Shown: one piece after another, positions 48,514-59,039 of the stretch | How positions within the stretch are numbered: position 1 is the stretch's first letter | How the letters are laid out: every line of letters starts with the position of its first letter | DNA from: Octopus bimaculoides | Taxonomy: Eukaryota | Direction of reading: 5' to 3' | DNA length: 59,039 bases | NCBI RefSeq assembly: GCF_001194135.2 | Contig: NC_068989.1 | Location: forward strand, 96,822,158 to 96,881,196 | Translations under genes and position numbers: made by a program | Notes under the pieces: model-generated | Seen by the model: only the letters and a program-made list of their open reading frames with translations | Databases searched by the model: none | Told to the model about the DNA's origin: nothing

Positions 48514-49789
48514 CTGCACAAATATGTGAATGATCCCTACATGGAACATCTCTAAGAAATAGTTATCTGGTTTGTTGTTTGATACACACAGGTTTCTTTT
48601 AGTTTTCATCTACCAAATCCACTCCCAAGTCTTTGATCGGACTTGGGCTATAGTGGAAAACACTTGCACCAAGTTGTCTAGCAGTGAGACTGAACCTGAA
48701 ACCATATAACTGGGAAATGAACCTCTAAATCACATGCCTATATCTTCCATATAATGGTTATATATTCTATATAAATTCTACATTGCATGTAATGCAGAAA
48801 TTAAGGAGGAAACTGATATATTCTTATACAAATTGATATTTCTGTGGATTTATTGATCATTAGCAGAGGTTTCATGAAAGGTTCCATTTAAATATATTTT
48901 TTAAAAAAAAACACAAAAAAGCAAAAGTAAAAGTAAAATAATAAAATAATTGAAAATAAAAAGGTGCAATTATGATTTATTACAGCTATTTCTGCTCAAT
49001 TTATCTAAGGTTATTATTAAAAGGGAATACCTTATCCTTTATTTTCTACTTAATACTGCAACAGAGATGTCAGTTTTGTCTATTAAATAGCAATAAGCTT
49101 AAAGCAACCAATAAAGAGAAAGATTTTGTATTTGTTCAGGATACTTTATTAAATTAATGAAAACAAATTGAAGATTGTTTCTTATTTTTAATTGCTCTCT
49201 GCTTAACTTTTTGTATTTATTTATTTATTTAATTATAGACAGTAAGTAAACAAATATTTGGATTAGAATTATGAAAATTTAAAAATAAAAACATTTCCAA
49301 ATTATGCAACAAGGAATATCATTTGGTTGTTCATTTAATTGGAATAAATATTCATTATTTTTACATTTCCCATCATTAGTTCTAAGTATTTGTGGGGGTT
49401 CTTTTTTCTGTTTACTTTCCTCTCTACATAGGATTTATTTTTCTAATTTACTGGTTCCAAGTCAGTAGTTTCTATGTTTTGGCAGAGTTTTGTGTGTGTA
49501 TGAGAGAGGGATGAAGAGAAAGAGGAGAGTGTGGTGGGGTTCCCAGTTACTTCTCATATCCAGCCTCTCATTAGTTGTATTGAAATAGTTCTTTATGAAG
49601 CTATTAGACATCACGACATTACCTACAACATAGACTGAGATTTATCATTGATTTCAGCCTCCTTTCTAATGTAATTAACGAGAATAGTGGTCATTGAGCC
49701 GTCTGAAGTAATGAGAGAAAGAAGTTATGGATAATCTTAGTATTCTCTGTTCATAAAGCAAATTGAAAGGCTGTAGGTGGCTGGAGTGC

Positions 49790-49985
49790 TAAGAGTGTTG
49801 ATCGACTTGCTCAAGGCTCTTGTTACTGTATTTCTCTTGAAATACACTGCTTTTATTTCAATTAATTTTGAAAATCATGAAGAATTTAGTGAAATTACTT
49901 TGTCATAATAAATCTGGTATTTGGAACATAATTTAAAATTAAGATTTTAATTTGGATTACTTTTTAAAGCATGAAATTTGCATCA
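49790..49985. mobile_element. Probable MITE or DNA transposon end (AAAAGGGTTAA terminus)
   Basis: Ends in aaaagggttaa (TTAA-type terminus); the body resembles 19570-19690 in reverse orientation. Confidence 0.4.
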
Positions 49986-50755
49986 TGTATCCACAGTTGT
50001 CTAGAGTCAGTAATAAAAGGGTTAAAAATATGATTCATTTCCTGTCTCTAGTACTATGTAGCAGTCAGGGCTAAGTTATTTAACACTGACTGGCTCAATC
50101 TTATTTGGCAGAGGTCATTCCTTTCTAATCATATCAGGAAAAATTCATCTCAACTCTGCAGGCTGAGAAAACATTCAGAAGTGTTATAGTGCTGCTGGTT
50201 CTCAGGTATTTATTTACTATCAGTTACCTGGTTACACTGAGAAATAAGTATCTCCTCTTTAAATTTAACTTTTATGCCCTGAATTTTGTGAATCATAGTT
50301 ATAGATTTCTGTTTAACCATTCACTGATTCATTCCATTTCTAGTGGTGAGAACGACAGAATGTGTCTGTCCAACTTGACAAAATCAATACCATCATCATT
50401 TAAAGATCAGTTTTCCATGCTGGCATGGGTTGGACAGCTTGACAGGAGCTGGCAAGGCCAGGGGCCACATTAGGTTCCAGATTCTGTTTTGGCTTGGTTT
50501 CTACAGCTGGACTCCCTTTTTAATGCCAACCACTTCACTGATTGTACTAGGTACTTTTTATTTGGCACCATAACTAGTGCTTCTTACATGGCGCTAGCAC
50601 CAGCACTTTTTTATGTAACACCTTGATTTTAGGATATCAACAAGGCATTTTTTTTATGTACCAGTTTATGTTCTGTCTAGTTGGTTTATCTGGCATTTCT
50701 TTACCCACCTGTTACCCTTTACTGTTAATTTGGTCACTTAAGTAACATATTAACT

Positions 50756-53707
50756 TGGTGAGGAGGGCGTTGTTGGACATCCTGTGGGATGAAAAATAAG
50801 ACCCATCAAAGGGCAGATGAACTCCTGAACAGTCAACGGCCAGCCAACAAAATGTTGGCCTGCCTGCCCAGCCAGTGGGATGGCGTCATCTTATGGCTAA
50901 AACAGCACAAAGATCGAAGAGAAATGGAAAAGGGCCTCATTCCCCTGCATGTCAATCGGGCTACGCCATGACGGTGGAGTGCAACCCGAGTGATGAGAGG
51001 CTGCTAAGAATCACAGGTTCCCGTGGGCCATCATGGAACAGGGCTAACTAACTGCAGGTCCTTGACAGGGTGGCAAGAATTGAACCACCTAATGGAGGAG
51101 AGGAAGAAGATCAGGTGCGACGTGTTAGGGCTGTGCGAGACCCACCAGAAGAAGGGGGTGAGTCTACGATGGCAAAACGGATATGCTGTGAGATTAGGGA
51201 AAGCAGAAGGTACTAGATTGGTCGGAGGTATCGGATTCATCGTAAGTAAGGAATGGGCTTCAAGGGTTGCTTCTTGCCAGTTCATATCATCACGGATTGG
51301 TGTACTAAACGTAAACCTCTCTCAGAGAAGGCCACCCTCAAGATTGTGCAGACCTATGCTCCCACAAGTGCCAGCTAGACAAAGGGCTGGCTGTGAAGTC
51401 CACTTACACTGTCGTGATGGGAGACTTCAATGCAGAGGTTGGACATGGACGACAAGGGGAAGAGAAACGAAAGAGGAGAACGTTTGGTTACCATGGCAGA
51501 GGCGAGGCAGCTCTACATCGGAAACAGCCTATTCAGGAAGAAGGACAAGAAGAGATGGACTTGGGTATCACTGAACTCTGAGCACCAAAACGAGATCGAC
51601 TACATCCTGGTCGATAAGCAACGCATATTACATGACGTTTCCGTCGTAACACCATTCAACACCAGCAACGATCATTGTCTGGTGAGGGCGAGGGTCGTCA
51701 TCAACGGGATGAGGGAGAAGAAGGCACTGCATTTGGCGTGGAAAGGAAAACGCGTCCGAGTCTTCAACAGGTGAAGCTGCAGGAAACCTGGTGCAAAGGA
51801 GATGACATAAACGATGACTACAGCTCATTGATAGGGAAACTGAAGGAGTGTTTAAGCAAGGCTAAGGGAGAAGAAGGGGAGAGTCTGGGAGGAAAGTACG
51901 AAGTTACTCGAGAAGAGGAAAAATATGAAGAGGACTATTGAAGATCACCATGAATATTCCCTTCTCAACAGAGTGATTTGTCAGCAACTAAAGAGAGACT
52001 TTGAGGCATAACGGATGGAGAAGGCCGCAGAGGAGAAGAAGAGCCTCAAGAAATGCAAGAAGGACATGGCGCAATATAGATCGGAGGTGACAGCCCTGAA
52101 GAATACAGATGGAGTACTGGTCAACGATAAAGGTGAGATGGAAAAAGTTTACGAAGACTTCTACACCAAGCTCTTCAAGTTTACCGGAAATGTCCAGCCA
52201 TTACCACCACTTTGACAAGAAGAAAATGTGCCACCTATCCTTGTCAGTGAGGTCGAAAGAGCCATCGGCTTGACGAAAAACGGAAAGGTGCTATGGAAAG
52301 ACGTTATAACATCGGAGGTGTTAAAGTCAGGCAGAGAGCAGGTCCGGAAAATCTTCGCCAAGCGATTCATGCACTATCTAGACGAGGGAAGAATTCCCTT
52401 GCAGTGGAAAGGGTCAAATACCATCCTGCTATATAAGAAGGGCAATAGAGAAGAGCTAAAGAATTACTGACCCATATGCTTGCTGTCTCATGTGTACAAG
52501 CTGTTCACAAAGATAATTCTGAACAGGTTGTCACGTTATCTCGACGAACAACAACCGAGGGAGCAAGCTGGCTTCCATAAGAACTACAGCACGATGGACC
52601 ATATATTTACTCTAACACAACTGCTTGAACGAGCGAATGAGTACAAGCTGCATCTTTGCATTTAAACCAACGCAGTGTTGAACTCACTGCAGAGGCAGGG
52701 AGTCGAGGCACAATATGTGCAACTGCTCAGGGAGGCAAATTCCGGATGCACCACGAACATAGCTCTGCTGCCATCACCTGTATGAGTGCTGGTCAAGAAG
52801 GGATAGAAGCAAGGAGATACGATATCTCCAAAACTTCTCACCGCATGTCTCAAGCAGATCATCAGAGGCATCGACTGGCAAGGCGGTGTCAACATCAATG
52901 GCGAGCTACTCACCCACCTCCGTTTCACTGATGACATCGTAATCATCATAGAAACCACGGATCAGCTTCAGACCATGCTGACGGAGCTCGACATCAAAAG
53001 CTCTGAAGCAGGCCTCAAGATGAACCCCATGAAAACGAGGGTCATGCAGTCCGATAACGTACCAACAGGTTGAATGGTGGTCGGCAGTGATGAAATAGAG
53101 GAGGTAAAGGAATATGTCTACCTGGGACAGGAAGTGAATATGTGCCGAGACATTGAAAAGGAGATCTCACAGAGAATAAGGGCCAGATGGAAGGCGTTAA
53201 ATGACATAAGGGATGTGCTCAAGGTAAGGTTGGACAGGACCACCTGTGCCAACCTCGTAAATAGCACAGTTCTACCTGCAATGTTATATGGTAGTGAAAC
53301 AATGGCTACAACAAAGAGAGAAGAACAGAGATTGGTAATGGCTGAAAGAGCCATGGAGAGGTCAATGTTTGGAATCTCGTTGAGAGAGCACATTAGTAGC
53401 GAGGTCATCAGACAGAATTCCGGCCTGAGGGATGTCAACGTAGAATATACACGCAGCAAGTTTAGATGGACACGTCACCCGGCTCACCGATAATCGGTGG
53501 ACCAGGCGGAGTTGTCGAGAGGTAACCCCCGCAATCGGAAACGACCACTCGGAAGGCCTCCACGATGGTGGAGTTACAATTTGAGGAGGGGGATTGGGAC
53601 CACGTGGATGAGGAAGATGTGATCCAGAGAAGAGTGGGCAGTATGCTGTGACCAGTGGTGCCAAATGGATGCCCAATGGACTGGTCGGTCAAGGTGATCA
53701 AGGGGAT
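50756..53707 (+). mobile_element. Near full-length RTE-clade LINE (APE endonuclease + RT), inactivated by stops and frameshifts
   Basis: CDVLGLCET, VVMGDFNAEVG, NEIDYILV, DHCLVRA (APE); NY*PICLLSHVYKLFTKII, EQAGF..DH, QGDTISPKL, LRFTDDI, YVYLGQ (RT); candidate TSD TATTAACT at 50748-50755 and 53708-53715. Confidence 0.95.
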
Positions 53708-54129
53708 TATTAACTACTTGTAAGAGTCCTCCAAACAATTAAAAGAATTTATTTTATTAGTGCTTGTACTGTTAAATACTTCTTCTTGTCTGTTATATAT
53801 GAAGTCACACACACACACATATATAGATATAGATATATATGCCAGAGTAAGCACATGTGAAACAAGGTGGAAAAAAACAGTACTCGAATACCAGAGGTAG
53901 AACAACATGCTTTATCATTAAAGCTGCAAAAACATCACAAAAACACTCAGAGTTTCACGTTCTTATTTGTCAGGGGTTTCTTTTCAGTTTCCATCTACTA
54001 ATTTTTCTTACAAGATTTTGGCACAGAACAATTATCTTGAGTGTCACACAGTGGAACTGAACCTGAAACCATGTGGTTACAAAGTGGACTTTGTAACCAT
54101 ACAGCCATACTGGCATGTGTGTGTAAAGT

Positions 54130-55030
54130 AAAATAAGCAGACAGGAAAACTTAGAAAGCTTAGATCTTTTGTTGACAATACTTTCTTGCCAGAAATGTTT
54201 TTGTTTGACCGACCTTCTTTTTTGCTGTTTTGCTCTACAATTTGAGCTTTTATGTCTGATTTTTCCACACTCAAAATATGTTTCCACACCCATAGCATGG
54301 ATTGGATCTCGACATTTGTTTGTTTTTTTTCTTATCTGTTATAGATTGATACATTCACGAACATGAGTCCAACCCCTTTCTTCAGCCTTATCCATGTCAT
54401 ATCTTAAATTTATAATCCTCTGCCACTGCCTGTAGAGTTAATTTTTGGTCTTGTTCTAATTTAGTTAATACCTGGGAAAGTGTAGCTGCATCTTTGCTAG
54501 CAGTTAGCACTTGAACAAAAATTAGACATTTGAACATGTCTGGGGTTAATTCATTTAATTTGAATTTTTCACATTCTCTGTTTACCACCCAAGCATGGTG
54601 ACAAAATTTTTATCTTTTTTTTAACCAAATTTAAGCACTGCCAGCAAGTATTGAACTGGAAACTTCTTTCACTGAAAATCTTTGATAAAATGTTGTTTCA
54701 TGAAAACAAATCTCACCTGATTTCTTTGGCAAAATATAATTACAATAGCTTTCATGTTCGGCAGGGGAAAACTTTCTTAAAAGTAGTCACACTTTTTTCT
54801 CATTAGTCCAATTGTTACATTTTTCTTTGAATCTTCAAAAATATGCAAAGAAAGTAATATCTTCTTCTGGATTATAAGTGGCTGTGTGGTAAGTAGCTTG
54901 CTTACCAAGCACATGGTATCGGGTTCAATCCCACTGCATGGCACCTTGGACAAGTGTCTTCTACTATAGCCTCGGGCTGACCAAAGTTTTGTGAGTGTAT
55001 TTGGTAGACGGAAACTGAAAGAAGCCCATC

Positions 55031-55074
<44 letters not shown>

Positions 55075-55700
55075 GTATGTGTGTCTGTTTTGGTCCTCCC
55101 AACATTGCTTGACAACTGATGCTGGTTTGTTTATGTCCCCGTAACTTTGCAGTTGAAGAAAAGAGACAGATAGAATAAGTACTAGATTTACAAAGAATAA
55201 ATCCTGGGGTCAGTTTCCTCAACTAAAGGTGGTGCTCCAACATGGCTGCTGTCAAATGACTGAAACAAGTAAAAGAATAAAAAAGAATAAACTCTCCAAT
55301 CAAATTTGGCATGAACGACCAAGAAGTACTTTCAGCTTTCTTCAACATTAATTCCAGCAACTGTTGCTATTGTTGTTGTTGCTGTTTCAACTGCACCATG
55401 CGAGTCAATAAATCCTCTATGCAAACAATTCTTTTCTTTGGTTTCCATACCAAAAATTCAACCGTCTGATGCAAGCTTTGAATATCTTGTCACCACGTTT
55501 ATATCTTTGGTTGCAGATATATGATTTTAACTAAGGGCAGGGCCAAAGCAATGTAGTCACAAATGTAACTTCTGACTACCAACACTCAACATTCCAATGT
55601 TTTCTTCTTTACTCCAACAAAACACACGTTACTCTTTATAAGAGTTCAACGAGTCACCTTGTAATCACATAGAGGTATTAATGTCTATCATCAAACCACT
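54130..55700 (-). mobile_element. Gypsy-type LTR retrotransposon 5' remnant (K02A2.6-like gag, probable PBS/LTR), split by SINE A
   Basis: EDLLTRMVQLKQQQQ...IGE / YNPEEDITF / RLLLRK..PAEHESYCNYILPK / VNRECEKFKLNELTPDMFKCLIFVQ, then a Cys knuckle remnant; TGGTGAC PBS-like motif near 55490. Confidence 0.85.
54876..55285 (+). mobile_element. SINE A nested in the Gypsy gag
   Basis: Full head and tail; gag translation continues on both sides. Confidence 0.9.
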
Positions 55701-56150
55701 TTTTAAAGCACAATGAATCACCAATCATCTTCTTCCTTTGTTATCTCTGAGAGGCTCAACATCTGAAGGTCGTTTTTCACCACTTCATCCCATGTCTTCC
55801 TGGCTCTTCTATTTCCACAGACTCCATCCACATTTAGAGATTGATACATCTTTATATGGCTGTTCTCATTCATATGCATCATATGACCAATGCATTTTTC
55901 TTTCAAGCACACTGCATCTGATACCTCTTATGCCCAATTTTTTCTCTCAGCACATTTACACTGACATTGCACTTCCAGCAGAGCATACTAGTTTCATTTC
56001 TTTCAAATCTTTGCATGTCCTCTGCATTCACAGTCCATGTCTCACTACCATGTGGCATTGCACTTTCTACAGAAGCACTATACAACCTACCCTTCGTTGT
56101 GAGGGAGAGGCCCATTATTACCAGCAAAGGTAATAGCTCTCTGAACTATT
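55700..56150 (-). mobile_element. RTE-like LINE C-terminal fragment
   Basis: ORF 55903-56127 (GLSLTTKGRLYSASVESAMPHGSETW..DMQRFERNE). Confidence 0.85.
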
Positions 56151-56318
56151 TCTCATGTCAAAGTCTGCCTACATCCTGTATGATATCACTGCTGTCTTCC
56201 CAGCAAATTCTGTTCCTTTGTTCTTTGCCTGTGAGGAAACTGACTGACAGGTTCCTCCCGCACTTTCCTTCATGCACACAGCACACTTCTCTACACACCT
56301 CCATTCTGATGTACTTAC

Positions 56319-56375
56319 ATTGACTGTGCCTGTTGTAAGGAAGTGAATGGGAAGATGGGGAACAGAATTCAACAC
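56319..56375 (-). other. Candidate 57-nt exon on the antisense strand (unidentified)
   Basis: aaaatttctcctttacag|GTGTTG...GTCAAT|gtaagt; open in two frames (VLNSVPHLPIHFLTTGTVN or VEFCSPSSHSLPYNRHSQ); no protein recognised. Confidence 0.25.
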
Positions 56376-57789
56376 CTGTAAAGGAGAAATTTTGCAGTGA
56401 CATTTACCAGCAGGTATATCAATCCACCGATTGCCCAGATCTGTAACTAGTTGCATTCAAAGCCAACTAGATACAATTAGTGACTGACAAAAGAACAGAA
56501 GTTACATAATCACCTTCATTAACTAACAACTGTTTGTGTTATAAGAAGCATTGCACTAAGAACAAAGTGCTTGTGCATATAGGTAGTTTGTAGTGAAGAA
56601 AATTGTATGTGTGAATGTATATATGTATGTATAATATACATACATATATATACAAACATATATATACATACATGTACTATATATACAAACACATGCATAT
56701 GTGTGTGTGTGCATATTTCATTAAACATTAGGTCAATTGATGAACAAAAAAATCTTATCTCTTTGCTTTAGTGTTCATAGTTATAAATAAGTGACATAAG
56801 GAGACACTGCTCACTGTTGTAAGCATCAATGCCATCACACAGCTGTTATAAGTTTTTGTCAGTGCTTAATACAAATACTGGTTATAAACACTGAAAGAGG
56901 TTACAGATGCCTTCAAAAGTAATATTGTACATTCTACAAGACATGCTAAGTACATTGTTCTCCTACACGTGTTTAATTATTAATAAAGTCAAACTAATAA
57001 GCATTATTTTTTTAGATTGAAATTAATTGATAAGTAGGAAGAAAATAGCCTTGAGAAAGGTAGTGTCAGATTTGCTATAATGCATCTTGTATTCAAATTA
57101 TACTCCTGGCATTTTCTTGAAATTCTGCTCTAAAACTGTATTTTATGATTAAGCAGACGGTTCAGTCTACTGCATTGTTATGGGCTTTCATTTTGAAGAA
57201 TATTACTTGCAACAGACTTGTACATCGTGCATGGAGAACATTTTATCTCTCATCTACTTAATGCTGCAAAAACGAAAATTGAATATGAATCTTTGTAATT
57301 CATAGAAAGATTAACAAGATTTCTTTCTTGCTCTCTCTCTTTTCTGTTTTCTTCTCTTCAAATATAAAATAGTTTCTAGCTTCTGAAAGAATGATTTGAT
57401 GCCAAATGGCAGAACTTTCTGATGAGGAATAATGAGCTGTTGGAATAATGCTTTAACCTTTAAACCTATACACCTCTTTATATTTAACTTACAGCTATTT
57501 TATATAAAGTTTAAAAGAATACAGTGCCAAAGAATCAAAGAATATGAGATTATTTCACTGAAATTTTTCTCTTACATAAACAGATACTTGTTTAATATCT
57601 TCTTTTTTTTTTTTTTTTTTTTTCAAGACTACCTCTGCTTGAATGTCTCCAAGATGCTGTTGATATTTGCTCTGTTTAAAATCGTGTCTTTAAAAGTCAT
57701 GTATGTAATATATAAAAAAAAAAGAACTAGTTTCATGTTTAAGCATGTTATTGAACATGACAATAGTCAGACAAGTTAATAAGGTAACC

Positions 57790-57900
57790 AATGTTCCCAG
57801 TAAATCTCTTCAGGTTATTTATTTGCTCCAACATATAGTAACAACTTCCAGTGCCTTGCTCTATTTCAAGCAAAAGATTTGAGAAACTTAACATCCAGTA
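57790..57900 (-). mobile_element. Possible hAT transposase remnant
   Basis: ...SCYYMLEQINNLK resembles the hAT TRWNSxYxML motif if a frameshift is allowed. Confidence 0.3.
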
Positions 57901-59039
57901 TACCATCAACTTCCATCTTACACATTCAAATTTCGTGATCAACTTCTAATTAAACTGTCTTCTTATCCTCTAATAGTCATAAAGTTATAATTTACAGACA
58001 TCAGGGTTCACAAAATATACATTTAGGATGTATACAGTCAAAATGGAAACACACACACACACACACATATATATANNNNNNNNNNTGGCACACATGTAGA
58101 GACAGGTGCATAGATTGGAATGCGGTTTGTATTTTTTCCTAGCCCCCATAGTTACCGCGAAAATAAATTAAAACAACCTGCGTGTGTGAGTGTGTCACTG
58201 AAGCCATTCATACATACATAACCACTCTCTCTCTCTCATTCACTCACTACAAAAACTGAATGACATTTCAGTTCTGTCTTCTGTCTGTCTGTCTCTCTCT
58301 CATACACACACACCATCAACATTACTCTCTCTGTCTCTTCACACACACTCACAAAAGCAATTCATATATACACCACACATTCTGTCTTGCACACCTCATC
58401 AAACACACGCACGCACATCAATTCTTCTGTCTCATGCAACTTCAAAAGAACGTCACTCATACAACCTTCTCTCTGTGTCTCTTTTGCTTTCACACCGACT
58501 TCAAAAGATCCCCTTTTTTCCCCAAATACATATCAAAAAAATATTTTCACTTGTCTGGGCATTGCTATTACAGACAAATTTACAACAATTCGACTCGAGA
58601 GATAAACACAAACCACCTCGTGCTGACTGCAAAATTCCTGCCAAATTATATGAAAAAAACACACACATACACATCCATTTCATGTATCTTCTTTCAATTT
58701 CTGCTCTCTGATTAGACAAACATCTAATACAATAGCTTTCAGCTATATTTTGTTCTCTAAAAAGGTACGTGTCTATTTTTTCTATAAGCGTATAACAATG
58801 ACTTATTCTATACTCCTCCACTTAGCTTTTATGTTCACTTTTCTTAAATTGGATATGTCTGCTATTCAGTTGCAGAACTTTGGCAGTACAGTTACAAATC
58901 ATTTCTGCTTTACTTCTTACATACAATTTCCCCGTAAATTCTTACGGCTTCATTTTTTGGTGATGATTTGAAATGTCAAACATTTTCTGACTGTTAAAGC
59001 AATTCTTAACGTCAACTTCTTAATGCCTCTTCTATTTTT

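Noticed and set aside
53943-53962. GAAACTCTGAGT on the minus strand, possibly a hammerhead 3' half
   Set aside because: The CUGANGA half is absent, replaced by a SINE, so it cannot be supported from this window
57392-57425. ATGATT...CTGA as a C/D-box snoRNA
   Set aside because: The C box is non-canonical, the span is too short and there is no terminal stem
57200-57680. Protein-like short + strand peptides (DLYIVHGEHFISHLL..., DAKWQNFLMRNNELLE, LPLLECLQDAVDICSV)
   Set aside because: I could not join them in frame through GT-AG sites, none fits the phase after exon 47741, and no family was recognised

Overview
Eukaryotic, AT-rich, repeat-dense genomic DNA with 11 N-gaps and many (TA)n/(CA)n/(CAT)n/(AAT)n microsatellites. 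The SINE and RTE repertoire suggests an octopus or other coleoid cephalopod scaffold (inference). Almost every ORF in the supplied track is spurious (microsatellite, N-run or decayed TE). The one host gene I can support is on the + strand: three consecutive coding exons of a THUMPD3-type tRNA m2G methyltransferase at 11778-11865, 26898-26911 (a 14-nt microexon) and 47618-47741. They splice in frame to ...PQLGIDVFKWDACHLPLASHSVDVFITDL|PFGKR|SGSKKNNWKLYPAVMYEMARVAKLNTGRACLLTQDKKCMFK..., across introns of about 15 kb and 21 kb. Upstream exons and the terminal exon were not found. The introns hold RTE LINEs (one near full length, others with a PHD finger), R4/Dong-like RLE LINEs, Penelope-like fragments, a Tc1/mariner remnant, a Gypsy gag remnant and several SINE families. 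The most notable unannotated signal is a set of minimal type I hammerhead ribozyme motifs of the Penelope-associated kind. Three have complete catalytic cores: 6413-6463 (-), 26568-26658 (+, about 240 nt upstream of the microexon) and 27214-27264 (-, with a compensatory C3G:G8C swap). Two more are decayed. All structures were folded by eye; nothing was computed or searched.
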